From Negativicutes bacterium (GTDB taxonomy: Bacteria > Bacillota > Negativicutes > UBA1444), in NCBI GenBank assembly GCA_963665275.2, contig CAXXIN010000007.1, positions 160,001 through 224,000 on the forward strand: a stretch of 64,000 nucleotides of DNA. The letters are read 5' to 3'. Below, one piece after another: positions 48,913 through 60,236 of the stretch. A program made the position numbers and the translations under genes. Below the pieces are notes generated by a model that searched no databases, was not told the DNA's origin, and was given only the letters and a program-made list of their open reading frames with translations. The number at the start of each line of letters is the position of its first letter. Position 1 is the first letter of the stretch.

Positions 48913-50439
48913 TTACAGCGGAATGTTACCGTGTTTTTTAGCTGGACGTGATTCCCGCTTGGAAGCGAGCATATTGAGGGCCGTGATGATGCGGGGACGA
49001 GTTTCCTGCGGCTCAATAACGATGTCGACGAAACCGCGCTCAGCAGCTTTGTAAGGAGTTGCGAATTCTGCCACATACGCATCGGTTTTTTCTGAAACAT
49101 TGGGGTCGCCACGGAAGATAATGTTGGCCGCACCGGCCGGTCCCATAACGGCGATCTCGGCGGAAGGCCAGGCCAGAACTTGGTCAGCGCCAAGGTCCTG
49201 CGAACACATCGCGAGATACGATCCGCCGTAAGCTTTACGGGTGATGACGGTGATTTTGGGCACAGTCGCTTCCGAATAGGCATAAAGCATTTTGGCGCCG
49301 TGACGGATGATGCCGCCGAATTCCTGATCGGTTCCGGGCAGGAAGCCAGGGACGTCAACCAGGTTGACGATTGGAATGTTGAATGCGTCGCAGAAACGAA
49401 TAAAACGGGCGGATTTGTCCGAAGCATTGACGTCCAGGCAACCGGCCATAACGGCAGGCTGGTTGGCGATGATACCGACGGTCGAACCGTCGAATCGGGC
49501 AAAACCGGTGATGATGTTCATGGCAAAATGTTCCTGAACTTCGAGGAACTCTTCGCGGTCAACGATCATACGGATAACTTCCTTCATGCTGTACGGCATG
49601 TTGGGGTTTTCAGGCATGATGGTTTTCAGGCCTTCATCCATACGGTCAGGGCTGTCACCGGTATCAACCATCGGCGATTCTTCCATGTTGTTGGAAGGCA
49701 GGAAGCCGAGGAGTACACGGACTTTGGCCATGCAGTCTTCGTCAGATTCGGTAGCGAAATGCGCGACACCTGAAACACTGTTGTGACTCATGGCTCCGCC
49801 GAGAGCCTCAGCGGTGACTTCTTCGCCAGTAACCGACTTGATGACCTGCGGGCCAGTGATGAACATCTGGCTGGTTTTCTTCACCATGAAGATCCAGTCG
49901 GTCAGTGCCGGGGAATAAACCGCGCCACCTGCAGAGGGTCCCATGATACAAGAAATTTGGGGTACAACACCGGAAGCCAGGGTGTTCTTGAAGAAGATCT
50001 TGCCGTAGCCGGCCAGAGCATCAACAGCTTCCTGGATACGGGCTCCGCCGGAATCATTGAGTCCAACGAGAGGAGCTCCCATTTTCATGGAGAGATCCTG
50101 GACCTTGACGATTTTCGCTGCATGCATTTCGCCGAGCGAACCACCCTCGACCGTGAAGTCTTGAGCGAATACATAGACCAGACGGCCTTCAACAGTACCG
50201 TAACCGGTAACTACGCCTTCACCGGGAAGTTCTTTCGTTTCCATTCCAAAATTGGTGCAACGGTGTGTAACAAACTGATCCAGTTCTACGAAGGAACCTG
50301 GATCGAGCAGCAGCGCAATACGCTCACGGGCTGTTTTCTTGCCGCTTGCATGTTGTTTTTCAACGCGCTTTTCGCCACCGCCTGCCAGAACTTTCGCCCG
50401 CTTTTTATTAAGCAGATCGACTTTATCCTGCATCGACAT
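48913..50439 (-). CDS. mmdA: Methylmalonyl-CoA decarboxylase alpha (carboxyltransferase)
   Basis: ARERI, QDFTV.GGSLG, DSGGARIQE, DVPGFLPG, RKAYGG, KKHGNIPL. Confidence 0.96.
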   Translation of the reverse strand: MSMQDKVDLLNKKRAKVLAGGGEKRVEKQHASGKKTARERIALLLDPGSFVELDQFVTHRCTNFGMETKELPGEGVVTGYGTVEGRLVYVFAQDFTVEGGSLGEMHAAKIVKVQDLSMKMGAPLVGLNDSGGARIQEAVDALAGYGKIFFKNTLASGVVPQISCIMGPSAGGAVYSPALTDWIFMVKKTSQMFITGPQVIKSVTGEEVTAEALGGAMSHNSVSGVAHFATESDEDCMAKVRVLLGFLPSNNMEESPMVDTGDSPDRMDEGLKTIMPENPNMPYSMKEVIRMIVDREEFLEVQEHFAMNIITGFARFDGSTVGIIANQPAVMAGCLDVNASDKSARFIRFCDAFNIPIVNLVDVPGFLPGTDQEFGGIIRHGAKMLYAYSEATVPKITVITRKAYGGSYLAMCSQDLGADQVLAWPSAEIAVMGPAGAANIIFRGDPNVSEKTDAYVAEFATPYKAAERGFVDIVIEPQETRPRIITALNMLASKRESRPAKKHGNIPL

Positions 50440-50495
50440 TAAAACACCTCCATCGTTGTCGGGCTGATATTCTTAAAACAGCCCCAGATTGCTTT

Positions 50496-50921
50496 TTAGT
50501 GGCGGTCGGGATGCTCGCAGATCTCGATGAGAATGCCGCCGGTTGCTTTGGGATGCAAGAAAGCGATTTTCGCTCCGCCAGCGCCATAACGAGGGGCTTT
50601 GTCGAGCATTTCGACGCCTTTGGCCTGCAGATCAGCGATCGCAGCTTCGACATTGTCGACGCGCAAGGCGATATGCTGGACCAGATTACGACCGCCATTT
50701 TTCTCGATGGCTTTGGCAATCGGGCCGTCCGGGGAGGTGGACTCGAGGAATTCGAGTTCGGCGTCGCCGCAGGGGAAGAAGCTGACTTTGACTTTTTGGG
50801 AATCGACGACTTCGTCTTCCGGTTGATGGAACATTCCGAGCTTATCAGCAAAGATGTCCTTGACGGAAGCCAGGTCGTTGACTCCAATTCCGATGTGGTC
50901 GATGTGAAGAATTTTGAACAT
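50496..50921 (-). CDS. mce: Methylmalonyl-CoA epimerase
   Basis: IDHIGI, QKVKV, ELEFLE, HIALRV, FLHPK.TGG.LIE. Confidence 0.95.
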   Translation of the reverse strand: MFKILHIDHIGIGVNDLASVKDIFADKLGMFHQPEDEVVDSQKVKVSFFPCGDAELEFLESTSPDGPIAKAIEKNGGRNLVQHIALRVDNVEAAIADLQAKGVEMLDKAPRYGAGGAKIAFLHPKATGGILIEICEHPDRH

Positions 50922-50973
50922 GATGGAACCTCCTTTTTTGATTGGAATAAAATCTAGAACAGAATAAGGATAA

Positions 50974-51909
50974 TTATTTCAGGACTTCTGCCAGAATGGC
51001 CTTTACTGCGGAATAGGGATCGGTTTTGCGCAAATTGACCTCTGTCGTCAATGACTCAAATTTACTTCCTGCAACCTTCTTCATCAGATAGACCTTGATG
51101 GCCTCATCCAACATGACCAGAATCTCATTGCGGGTGCGCTCGAAGCGATGCTTTTGCAGCGATCCTGATTGGATCAGAAAAGTTTTGTGCTCTTCGATCG
51201 TATCCACCAGTTCGGTGATGCCTTGATTCTGACTGGCAACGGTGCGTGTGATCTTGGGCCGCCATTCATTCTCGTTCTGGTCCAGATCGAGCATCATCTC
51301 GATTTCGAGATTGAGTCTTTCCACACCATCGCGGTCGGCCTTGTTGATGGCGAAAACATCGCCGATCTCCAGTATGCCGGCTTTGATTGCCTGAATGTCG
51401 TCGCCCAGACCGGGAACCAAAACAACGAGGGTCGTGTCGGCAGTTTTCACGATATCGACTTCCGACTGTCCGACGCCTACCGTTTCAATGATGACAATAT
51501 CTTTGCCTGCGGCATCCAGAATTTTTGCAACCTCGGCGGTTTTTCTGGACATTCCGCCCAAACTTCCCCTGGTCGCCATGCTCCGGATAAACACGCCGTC
51601 ATCCATGGTGAGTTCATTCATGCGGATACGGTCGCCTAAAATTGCTCCCCCTGAAAACGGACTGCTCGGATCAACAGCGATGATCCCGACGGTTTTTCCC
51701 CGGCTGCGATACTCTTTGGTCAATTTGTCCGTCAGAGTGCTTTTGCCAGCCCCGGGTGGTCCTGTGATACCGATGATATAGCTCTTTCCTGTATGCGGAT
51801 AAATCTTCTGCATGATGCCCGTAGCTTCATCATACTCATTCTCCACTGCAGTGATGGCTCTCGCTATGGCCAACTTGGAGCCGTTGAGCAACTCTGTGAC
51901 GATGTCCAT
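50974..51909 (-). CDS. meaB: Mutase-associated GTPase MeaB/ArgK
   Basis: GPPGAGKST, DPSSPFSGGAILGDRIRM, ETVGVGQSE, NKAD. Confidence 0.96.
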   Translation of the reverse strand: MDIVTELLNGSKLAIARAITAVENEYDEATGIMQKIYPHTGKSYIIGITGPPGAGKSTLTDKLTKEYRSRGKTVGIIAVDPSSPFSGGAILGDRIRMNELTMDDGVFIRSMATRGSLGGMSRKTAEVAKILDAAGKDIVIIETVGVGQSEVDIVKTADTTLVVLVPGLGDDIQAIKAGILEIGDVFAINKADRDGVERLNLEIEMMLDLDQNENEWRPKITRTVASQNQGITELVDTIEEHKTFLIQSGSLQKHRFERTRNEILVMLDEAIKVYLMKKVAGSKFESLTTEVNLRKTDPYSAVKAILAEVLK

Positions 51910-51986
51910 AAAGCACCACCTAAGGATAATTATCAGCGGGAACGGACAGTGAACCTGTCCGCCCCGCCGTCACATGTGATCGGTGA

Positions 51987-52379
51987 TTATTTCGCGTTGG
52001 CTTTGATGTACTCGATGATTTTCTCGGTCGGGGTTCCAGGCGTGAAGACTTCGGCGATGCCGGCAGCCTTGAGGCCTTCGATATCGGAGTCGGGAATGAC
52101 TCCGCCACCGATGGTCAGGACATCTGTCAGGCCTTTTTGTTTCATGATCTCAACAATGCGGGGGAAGAGTGTGTTGTGTGCGCCGGACAGAAGGCTGAGC
52201 GCCACTACGTTTACGTCTTCCTGCAGGGCTGCTTCGGCGATTTGTTCCGGCGTCAGGCGGATACCGGTGTAAATGACTTCGAAACCGGCATCGCGGAGAG
52301 CGCGGGCTACGACTTTAGCTCCGCGGTCATGTCCGTCGAGCCCTGGTTTGGCTACCAATACTCTAATACGTTTTTCCAT
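51987..52379 (-). CDS. Methylmalonyl-CoA mutase, B12-binding small subunit
   Basis: [11 protein letters not shown] (DxHxxG), S.LSGAH, GGVIP, FTPGT. Confidence 0.95.
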   Translation of the reverse strand: MEKRIRVLVAKPGLDGHDRGAKVVARALRDAGFEVIYTGIRLTPEQIAEAALQEDVNVVALSLLSGAHNTLFPRIVEIMKQKGLTDVLTIGGGVIPDSDIEGLKAAGIAEVFTPGTPTEKIIEYIKANAK

Positions 52380-52400
52380 CGTTGTCCCTCCTACTCTCGC

Positions 52401-54047
52401 TTATAAGCTGACGGTCGGCTGATATTCGCCGAACACTTTGCGCATTACGCCGCAAACTTCACCAAGGGTTGCATAGGCTTTGACCGCTTCCAGAATTACC
52501 GGCATGAGGTTGACGTGTTCGTCTTTGCAAGCGGCTTCCAATGCGGCCAATTTTTCAGCAACAGCGGCGTTGTCGCGTGCAGCTTTCATTTTCGCCAGTT
52601 TTCCTTTTTGGAACTCACCGACGGATGCGTCAACTCGCAGCAAGCCTTCGGGAGGTTTTTCTTTGATTTGGTACTTGTTGACACCAACAATGATGCGTTC
52701 TTTCTTTTCGACTTCCATCTGCCATTTGTAAGCGCTATCCTGAATTTCGCGTTGGATATAGCCTTTTTCAATAGCAACGACGGCGCCGCCGAGGTCATCG
52801 ATCTTTTTGATGTAATCCCAGCATTCAGCTTCGATCTGATTGGTGAGAGCTTCTACATAGTAGGAGCCGCCCAACGGATCGACGGTGTCAGCCAGACCGC
52901 TTTCTTCAGCAACGATCTGTTGGGTCCGCAGCGCTACGCGAACGGAAGCTTCCGTCGGCAGTGCCAGCGCTTCGTCCTTGGAGTTGGTGTGCAGGGACTG
53001 GGTTCCGCCCATAACGGCAGCGGCAGTCTGCAGTGCAACGCGGACGACGTTGTTGTCCGGTTGTTGGGCAGTCAGCATGGAACCGGCAGTCTGGGTGTGC
53101 ACGCGCAGCATCCAGGATTTAGGATTGGTAGCGCCGAAACGCTCTTTCATGACTTTCGCCCATACGCGACGGGAAGCGCGGAATTTCGCGACTTCTTCGA
53201 GTACGTTGTTGTGGGCGTTCCAGAAGAAGGACAGACGGCCGGCAAAGTCGTCAACATTCAGACCGGCTTTGATGGCGGCTTCGCAATAAGCGATGCCGTC
53301 AGCGATCGTGAACGCGATTTCCTGCGAAGCAGTCGAACCGGCTTCACGGATGTGGTAACCGGAAATCGAGATGGTGTTCCATTGGGGAACGTTCTGTGCG
53401 CAGTATGCGAAAATATTGGTGATCAGACGCATCGAAGGTTTCGGAGGGAAAATGTAGGTTCCGCGAGCGGAGTATTCCTTCAGGATGTCGTTCTGAATGG
53501 TGCCGTTGAGTTTGTCGGCGGTGATGCCTTTTTTCTCGGCTACTGCGATGTACATCGCCAGAAGAACGGAAGCCGGTGCGTTGATGGTCATCGAGGTCGA
53601 CACTTTTCCAAGGTCGATCTGGTCGAACAGGATTTCCATGTCCGCCAGGGAGTCGATGGCAACGCCGACTTTGCCGATTTCACCCTCTGCTTTGGGATCA
53701 TCGGAGTCAAGACCGATCTGGGTCGGCAGGTCAAATGCGCAGGACAGGCCCGTTCCGCCGGACTCCAGCAGGTAACGGTAACGTTTGTTGGATTCTTCGG
53801 CAGTCGAGAAGCCGGCATACATACGCATGGTCCAGAAGCGGCCACGGTACATGGTGGGCTGTACGCCACGGGTAAACGGGTATTCTCCAGGGAACCCTAG
53901 ATCTTTCTCGTAGTCGAAGCCCTCGATATCCAGCGGGGTTGCCAATCTCATCTTGGGCATATTGACCCGCTCGGGATTCTTCGCCAAAGCTTTGGCAACT
54001 TTGGCATCGTAGGCAGCTTTTTTAGCTATCAAAGATTCATTAGCCAT
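52401..54047 (-). CDS. Methylmalonyl-CoA mutase, substrate-binding large subunit
   Basis: [14 protein letters not shown] (Tyr specificity residue), [40 protein letters not shown]. Confidence 0.95.
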   Translation of the reverse strand: MANESLIAKKAAYDAKVAKALAKNPERVNMPKMRLATPLDIEGFDYEKDLGFPGEYPFTRGVQPTMYRGRFWTMRMYAGFSTAEESNKRYRYLLESGGTGLSCAFDLPTQIGLDSDDPKAEGEIGKVGVAIDSLADMEILFDQIDLGKVSTSMTINAPASVLLAMYIAVAEKKGITADKLNGTIQNDILKEYSARGTYIFPPKPSMRLITNIFAYCAQNVPQWNTISISGYHIREAGSTASQEIAFTIADGIAYCEAAIKAGLNVDDFAGRLSFFWNAHNNVLEEVAKFRASRRVWAKVMKERFGATNPKSWMLRVHTQTAGSMLTAQQPDNNVVRVALQTAAAVMGGTQSLHTNSKDEALALPTEASVRVALRTQQIVAEESGLADTVDPLGGSYYVEALTNQIEAECWDYIKKIDDLGGAVVAIEKGYIQREIQDSAYKWQMEVEKKERIIVGVNKYQIKEKPPEGLLRVDASVGEFQKGKLAKMKAARDNAAVAEKLAALEAACKDEHVNLMPVILEAVKAYATLGEVCGVMRKVFGEYQPTVSL

Positions 54048-54072
54048 TTGTGTTCCTCCTTTTCTTTTTTGT

Positions 54073-55578
54073 CTATTTCTTCATGGTGCCGGTTTTCAGG
54101 AACCGAGCATGCCACGAAAGAGCCTCTTCCATCAGATGCGGTGTGTGTGCGTTCTTGGTAGCTGCTTTGGCGCGATCGAAGTAGTCCTGCAGCATTGGTT
54201 TGTAATCAGGATGAACGCATTTATCGATGATGACCTGGGCGCGTTCTTTCGGGCACAGGCCGCGAATGTCGGCGACGCCAAGTTCGGTGACGAAAATGTC
54301 GACATCATGTTCGGTGTGGTCGACGTGCGAACACATCGGTACGATCGAAGAAATGTCGCCTTTTTTGGCTGTGGAGGTCGAGAAGAAGATGGTCAGCTTG
54401 CCGTTACGGGCGAAGTCGCCGGAACCGCCGATGCCGTTCATCATCTTGCTGCCCATGATATGGGTCGAATTGACGTGACCATAGATATCGAACTCAATCG
54501 CGGTGTTCATGGCAATGATGCCGAGGCGCCGGGCTGTTTCCGGGCTATTGGCGATTTCTTGCGGCCGCAGGATGATTTTTTTGCGATAGTCGGCGATATT
54601 CGCATAGAAACGCTTCAGTCCTTCAGGCGAAGGAGTGAGGGACGTTCCTGAAGCAAATTCCAGTTTGCCGGCGTCGATCAGATCGAACATGCCGTCCTGG
54701 ATGACTTCCGTGAAAACGGTGAGGTTGGAAAAAGGCGAATCAACCAGTCCGCAAACGACTGCATTGGCTACCGAGCCCACGCCGGATTGCAACGGCAGAA
54801 GATTCTGCGGCAGACGGCCAAGTTTGATTTCGCTCTGGAAGAATTCAATCAAATGAGCGCTCATGGCCTTGGCGTCATCATCGATCGCTGCCAGCGGACG
54901 TACGAAGTCAGGAATGTCGCAGGGAACAATCGCAACAATTTTTGCAGGATCGCATACAATGTAAGGAGTGCCGATCCGATCATCCACTTTGGTAATCGGC
55001 ACTGGCAGGCGATGGGGAGGATCAAGCGGCACATAAACGTCATGCATGCCTTCGAGTTCGAGCGGCTGCGTTACGTTGACTTCAATGATAACTTGTTTCG
55101 CGCTCTGTACGAAAGAGGCGGTATTTCCGAGCGAAGTGGTCGGAATGATGTGCCCTTCCTCAGTGATGGCGCAGGCTTCGATGATCGCGACATCCACGTC
55201 GCCGCCCAGATAACCATAACGTGACATTTGGGCCACATGGCTCAAATGAAGATCGGTGTAGCAAATGTCGCCGCTGTTGATCTGTTTGCGGACGCCATCA
55301 TTGGTCTGGTAAGGCAATCTTCTGGCAATCCCGCCAACTTCGGACAGAGCGCCATCCAATTCTTTGCCGACGGAAGCGCCGGTCCACAGATTAACTTTGA
55401 ACGGGTCCGCTTTCATTCGGGCCGCCAATGCCAGTGGCACTGCTTTCGGGTAGCCGGCGGGGGTAAATCCGCTGGCGCCGATGTTCATGCCCGGCTTGAT
55501 GAGGGCCGCTGCAGCTTCGGCAGTGGTGATTTTTGCCTGAAGTGCACTGTTACGTACGCGGTCTTTGATTTCGATCAT
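54073..55578 (-). CDS. Succinate/propionyl-CoA CoA-transferase (acetyl-CoA hydrolase/transferase family, ScpC-like)
   Basis: [48 protein letters not shown]. Confidence 0.92.
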   Translation of the reverse strand: MIEIKDRVRNSALQAKITTAEAAAALIKPGMNIGASGFTPAGYPKAVPLALAARMKADPFKVNLWTGASVGKELDGALSEVGGIARRLPYQTNDGVRKQINSGDICYTDLHLSHVAQMSRYGYLGGDVDVAIIEACAITEEGHIIPTTSLGNTASFVQSAKQVIIEVNVTQPLELEGMHDVYVPLDPPHRLPVPITKVDDRIGTPYIVCDPAKIVAIVPCDIPDFVRPLAAIDDDAKAMSAHLIEFFQSEIKLGRLPQNLLPLQSGVGSVANAVVCGLVDSPFSNLTVFTEVIQDGMFDLIDAGKLEFASGTSLTPSPEGLKRFYANIADYRKKIILRPQEIANSPETARRLGIIAMNTAIEFDIYGHVNSTHIMGSKMMNGIGGSGDFARNGKLTIFFSTSTAKKGDISSIVPMCSHVDHTEHDVDIFVTELGVADIRGLCPKERAQVIIDKCVHPDYKPMLQDYFDRAKAATKNAHTPHLMEEALSWHARFLKTGTMKK

Positions 55579-55968
55579 GCAGTCTCTCCTCCTCGTATTC
55601 TATGAATTATGATGATTACAGGAGCCCGGCTCCAGGGTGGACAACCATTGTTCGTGAAAAAAGTCTCATGAACACGCAAAAAAAATACGCCAAAGAATGT
55701 CCTTGTGCGAACCGCACAATACAAACCTAGGCGTTGCTTACTGCTTATTTCCCGCTCAAGAAGTCTCTTGCACGAAAAACCATAAGCGACATCTGTTTGT
55801 TGCTGCATTTTCAAACTCGCGTATTCGCAAGGTTGTCCATACAATTCAATGTTCCGCTACGAGTCCTCTGATTCCCGATGGCTAATCCGAGCGCGCTCTC
55901 TCCCTTTCTAAAAAGGATTTTTCCGGAATTGCTGTTTCTACAGAATGATCGCTGTCTGTCCGAACAAT

Positions 55969-55997
55969 ATTGTATACCGCTTTGAACGAAAACTCAA
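55969..55997 (-). promoter_or_regulatory. SigA-type promoter ~390 nt upstream of the CoA-transferase
   Basis: TTGAGT-17 bp-TACAAT with an AT-rich UP-like region upstream. Confidence 0.55.
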
Positions 55998-56027
55998 CAC
56001 TTATTTTACACACAATTTAAAATTTTT

Positions 56028-56669
56028 CTAACGACCCTGTCGGCGCAGGTGATAAGACAAAGTGGCAAGTCCTACAGACAGGTCTTCACTCACCAATTGG
56101 ACCGACTCCGGAACCTTGATCCGCACTGGCGCAAAGTTCCATATGCCATGCAACCCGGCAGCGACCATCCGGTCCGCTATCGGTTGTGCTTCCCCTGCCG
56201 GCACCGCCAGGACTCCAATCTGGATATTGCGGTCCGCAATTGTTTTTTCAAGATCCGCTACCGGCAGAACTTCCACCCCATTGATGCTTTGGCCGACGAT
56301 GGCCGGATTTTGATCAAACAGGGCCGACAGATGAAACCCCATCGAGGCGAAATTCCGATAGTTCGCCAGAGCCCACCCCAAATGCCCAACACCTACAATG
56401 GCAATGTTCCAGCGGCGGTCCAGACCCAGAATGGAACTGATATTATTCAACAGTTCTGTTACATGGTACCCGACACCTTTTTTACCGAAAGCACCGAACC
56501 CGGCCAGATCTTTCCTGATCTGTTCTGGAGTCACATCAATCCGGCGACCGAGTTCTTCGGATGACACAATATCCGAACCCTCCGACTTGATCAGTCGGAG
56601 GGTTCGGAAATATAGCGGCAAACGATCAATCGTCGCCCGGGAGATACTTCCGTTTTTGGCTTTTAGCAC
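56028..56669 (-). CDS. rex: Redox-sensing repressor Rex
   Basis: ATIDRLPLYFR, SSEELG, QIRKDL..FG.FGKKGVGY, GVGHLG.AL, IWNFAP. GTG start overlaps the hydrogenase stop. Confidence 0.95.
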   Translation of the reverse strand: MLKAKNGSISRATIDRLPLYFRTLRLIKSEGSDIVSSEELGRRIDVTPEQIRKDLAGFGAFGKKGVGYHVTELLNNISSILGLDRRWNIAIVGVGHLGWALANYRNFASMGFHLSALFDQNPAIVGQSINGVEVLPVADLEKTIADRNIQIGVLAVPAGEAQPIADRMVAAGLHGIWNFAPVRIKVPESVQLVSEDLSVGLATLSYHLRRQGR

Positions 56670-58387
56670 CGTATCTGAGCCTTGTAATGTGTATGCAGCA
56701 AATGATGTGATTTCTCGCCGCATGGCTTGCCAAGCCAAGTATCATAGAGTTCCTTGATCGCCGGGTTTTCATGGGATTTGCGGATCTGAGAACTCCGGTC
56801 GCACTCATAGATAGCCGCGATTCGGTTCAGTCGGGTCTCCTCACATACCGGCACGGGCTGTCCGCCGCCGCCGATACAGCCGCCGGGGCAGGCCATGATT
56901 TCAATGAAGTGATAATCCGCCTCGCCGGACCGGATTTTTTCCATCATGATGCGGGCATTGGCGAGCGTATTGGCTACAGCAATTTTGACGGTCAAATCGC
57001 CGATCGGCACCGAGGCTTCTTTAATACCCGTCAAGCCACGAACTTCTTTGAAATCGATACATTCGAGTTCCTTGCCTGTAAGAACTTCGGCGACTGTGCG
57101 CAACGCAGCTTCCATAACGCCGCCCGAGGATCCGAAAATCACGCCTGCGCCGGTTGAAATGCCGAACGGAGCATCATAGTCTTCCTCCGTTATTGTGGCG
57201 AAGTCGATACCCGCCTCTTTGATCATCCGAGCCAATTCACGGGTAGTCAGGACGAAGTCCACGTCCTGCAGCCCATGGGTGGAAAACTCCGGCCGGACGG
57301 CTTCCGCTTTTTTGGCAGTACAGGGCATGATCGAAACCGATACGATATCCATTGGGTCGATGCCGGTTTTTTCGGCGTAATAAGTCTTGGACAACGCGCC
57401 GAACATCTGCTGCGGCGATTTCGCCGTCGACAGGTGCGGCAGCAGGTCTGGGTACATCAATTCGATGAAGTTGACCCAACCCGGGCTGCAGGAGGTAATC
57501 ATCGGCAATGTTCCGCCGTTTTGCAGCCGTCCGATCAGTTCAGTCCCTTCTTCGAGGATGGTGAGGTCGGCTGTGAAATCGGTGTCAAACACCTTGTTGA
57601 AGCCGATCCGGCGCAAGGACGCCACCATTTTCCCGGTGACGACGAAGCCGCTGTTCATGCCGAGCGCCTCGCCGAGCGCCACACGGGTCGCCGGCGCGGT
57701 CTGTACGATAACATGTTTGGTTGGATCGCTGATGGCATCCCAAACAGCCTGCGTATCGTCTTTTTCGACGATGGCTGCGGTAGGACAGACGCTGGCGCAT
57801 TGTCCGCAGAAAGTGCAGGGAGCGAGTTCCAGTCCCACGTTGAAAGCCGGAGTTACCGTAGTGTCAAAGCCCCGATTGGCAAAGCTGTATACGTCCACGC
57901 CCTGCCTGTCGCTACAAGCCTTGATGCAACGTCCGCACAGAATGCATTTGTTTTGATCCCGGACCAGAGCCGGGTTATTATTGTCCAAAGGTAGATTTTT
58001 CTTCACACCGTCGAAACGAACTTTGCGGATACCGAGATCCGCCGCCATGGTCTGCAGCTCACAATTCGTGTTGCGTTGACAGGACAGGCAGTCCTGCGGG
58101 TGATTGGCCAACAGCAGTTCCACGACTGTCTTGCGCGCTTCACGCACCGCCGGAGTATTCGTGCGAACGACCATTCCTTCATTCACAGGATAGACGCAGG
58201 AAGCCACCAAGGTTTTCGCGCCTTCCACCTCCACCACACAGACGCGGCACGCGCCTTCCGGGCGGAGTTCGGGGTGATAGCAAAGACTGGGCACTGTGAT
58301 GCCGCCTGCTTTTGCGGCAGTCAACACTGTGGCGCTTTTCGGCACCTGCAGTTTGCGCCCGTCGATTGTTACATTAACCATATCCAC
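56663..58387 (-). CDS. hndD: [FeFe]-hydrogenase catalytic subunit (HndD/HydA, group A)
   Basis: N-terminal 2Fe-2S, His-ligated 4Fe-4S and 2x4Fe-4S; H-cluster motifs TSCSPGW, MPCTAKKAE, EIMACPGGCIGGGGQP. Confidence 0.96.
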   Translation of the reverse strand: MDMVNVTIDGRKLQVPKSATVLTAAKAGGITVPSLCYHPELRPEGACRVCVVEVEGAKTLVASCVYPVNEGMVVRTNTPAVREARKTVVELLLANHPQDCLSCQRNTNCELQTMAADLGIRKVRFDGVKKNLPLDNNNPALVRDQNKCILCGRCIKACSDRQGVDVYSFANRGFDTTVTPAFNVGLELAPCTFCGQCASVCPTAAIVEKDDTQAVWDAISDPTKHVIVQTAPATRVALGEALGMNSGFVVTGKMVASLRRIGFNKVFDTDFTADLTILEEGTELIGRLQNGGTLPMITSCSPGWVNFIELMYPDLLPHLSTAKSPQQMFGALSKTYYAEKTGIDPMDIVSVSIMPCTAKKAEAVRPEFSTHGLQDVDFVLTTRELARMIKEAGIDFATITEEDYDAPFGISTGAGVIFGSSGGVMEAALRTVAEVLTGKELECIDFKEVRGLTGIKEASVPIGDLTVKIAVANTLANARIMMEKIRSGEADYHFIEIMACPGGCIGGGGQPVPVCEETRLNRIAAIYECDRSSQIRKSHENPAIKELYDTWLGKPCGEKSHHLLHTHYKAQIRC

Positions 58388-58412
58388 GGTATCATGCTCT
58401 CCTTTCGATGCC

Positions 58413-60203
58413 TTAGCCCTTAATAATTGCTTTGAACGGACATTTCGCCATACAGGCGCCGCATTTAATGCATTTTTCCTGATTGATTACATGCTGTCCC
58501 TTGATCTCACCAGTGATTGCTTCCACCGGGCAGGCTTTTTTGCAGAGTCCGCAGCCTTTGCACAGCTCGGTGATCTGGTAACCGGAGAGCTTGGTACAGG
58601 CGCCGGCGGGACATTTCTTGTCCCTGATGTGTGCTTCATATTCATGCCTGAAATATCGCAGCGTGCTGAGCACCGGATTGGGAGCCGTCTGACCCAGTCC
58701 GCACAAAGAAGCAGCCTTGATGTTTTTCGCCAGACTTTCGAGGAGCTCGATGTCGCCCTCACGTCCCTGACCTTCGGTAATGCGGGTCAAGATCTCCAGC
58801 ATGCGCATGGTGCCTTCACGGCACGGTGTACATTTACCGCAGGATTCCTTCTGCGTGAAATTCAGGAAGAAACGGGCCACATCCACCATGCAGGTGGTTT
58901 CATCCATGACCACCAGGCCGCCGGAACCCATCATGGCGCCGGCCGCAGTCAGGGATTCATAATCGATCTGCAGATCCAGCATGCTTTCAGGCAGACAACC
59001 GCCGGAAGGTCCGCCGATCTGAACCGCCTTGAATTTTTTGCCGTCCGGAATTCCGCCGCCGATTTCATAGATGATTTCGCGCATTGTGATTCCCATGGGC
59101 ACTTCGGCCAGGCCGGTATTGTTAATTTTTCCGGTCAGGGCGAACACTTTGGTTCCCTTGCTTTTAGCCGTTCCCACCGAAGCGTAGGCGTCGGCGCCAT
59201 CTACAATGATGAGGGGAACATTCGCAAAGGTTTCAACATTGTTGATATTCGTAGGCTTGCCCCACAGTCCGGATACCGCCGGGAATGGGGGACGGGGGCG
59301 CGGAGTGCCGCGTTTGCCTTCGATGGATGCGAGCAGGGCGGTTTCTTCGCCGCATACGAAAGCACCGGCGCCCTCCTTGACCTTAATGTGAAAATTGAAA
59401 CCGGAGCCGAAAATATCATCGCCCAAGAGTCCCATGTCCATCGCCTGTTTGATGGCGATGTGGAGACGCTTGATCGCCAAAGGATACTCAGCGCGGCAGT
59501 AAATATATCCTTCACTCGCGCCCATGGCGTAGCCGCAGATAGCCATCCCTTCGAGCACCCGATGCGGGTCACCCTCCAGTACGCTGCGGTCCATGAAAGC
59601 GCCGGGATCGCCTTCGTCTGCGTTACAGACGACATATTTCTGGGTTCCGGGTGCATTCCGGGCAAACTCCCATTTCAATCCCGTCGGGAAACCAGCGCCG
59701 CCACGGCCTCGCAGGCCCGACTTTTTCATCTCGGCCACGATTTCTTCCGGTTTCATTTCCGTTAATGCTTTACCCAGTCCCGCATATCCGCCGACCGCAA
59801 TATATTCCTCAATGATTTCGGGGTTGATATGGCCACAATTGGTCAGAATCCTGCGCATCTGCTTTTTGTAGAACTGCATGTGTTCGAAATTAGGGATCAT
59901 TTCATGGGAAATGGGTTCTTTGTACAACAGCCGGTTGACAATACGTCCTTTGTAGATGTGTACGTCCACGATCTCCGGCACGTCTTCCGGCTGAACCCTG
60001 CAATAGAATGTACCTTCGGGGTAAATGATCATTATGGGTCCCATTTCACAGAAACCGTGACAGCCCGTCTCCACGATCTTGACTTCAGATTCGAGTCCCT
60101 TCAGTTCCAGTTCCTGTTTCAGTGACTCCATTACTTTCTTGGAACCGGATGAAGCGCAACCCGTGCCGCTACAGACAAGCACATGTGATCTGATATGTTT
60201 CAT
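58413..60203 (-). CDS. hndC: NuoF-like diaphorase subunit (HndC/HydB)
   Basis: SGLRGRGGAGFPTG, CNADEGDPGAFMDR, GAFVCGEETAL, ESCGKCTPCREG, C-terminal 2x4Fe-4S. Confidence 0.96.
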   Translation of the reverse strand: MKHIRSHVLVCSGTGCASSGSKKVMESLKQELELKGLESEVKIVETGCHGFCEMGPIMIIYPEGTFYCRVQPEDVPEIVDVHIYKGRIVNRLLYKEPISHEMIPNFEHMQFYKKQMRRILTNCGHINPEIIEEYIAVGGYAGLGKALTEMKPEEIVAEMKKSGLRGRGGAGFPTGLKWEFARNAPGTQKYVVCNADEGDPGAFMDRSVLEGDPHRVLEGMAICGYAMGASEGYIYCRAEYPLAIKRLHIAIKQAMDMGLLGDDIFGSGFNFHIKVKEGAGAFVCGEETALLASIEGKRGTPRPRPPFPAVSGLWGKPTNINNVETFANVPLIIVDGADAYASVGTAKSKGTKVFALTGKINNTGLAEVPMGITMREIIYEIGGGIPDGKKFKAVQIGGPSGGCLPESMLDLQIDYESLTAAGAMMGSGGLVVMDETTCMVDVARFFLNFTQKESCGKCTPCREGTMRMLEILTRITEGQGREGDIELLESLAKNIKAASLCGLGQTAPNPVLSTLRYFRHEYEAHIRDKKCPAGACTKLSGYQITELCKGCGLCKKACPVEAITGEIKGQHVINQEKCIKCGACMAKCPFKAIIKG

Positions 60204-60236
60204 TATCCTCAATTCCCTCCCGCAGTCTGATTTCGA

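Noticed and set aside
51925-51968. Intercistronic hairpin between the mutase small subunit and meaB as an ncRNA
   Set aside because: A single stem-loop without other features; likely an mRNA stability or partial termination element.
55652-55669. Rex operator (TCGTGAA-AAAA-GTCTCAT)
   Set aside because: The second half-site is too degenerate relative to TTGTGAA-N4-TTCACAA.
55575-55844. 89-aa ORF upstream of the CoA-transferase
   Set aside because: No clear RBS or protein-like features; the region is better explained as a structured leader.
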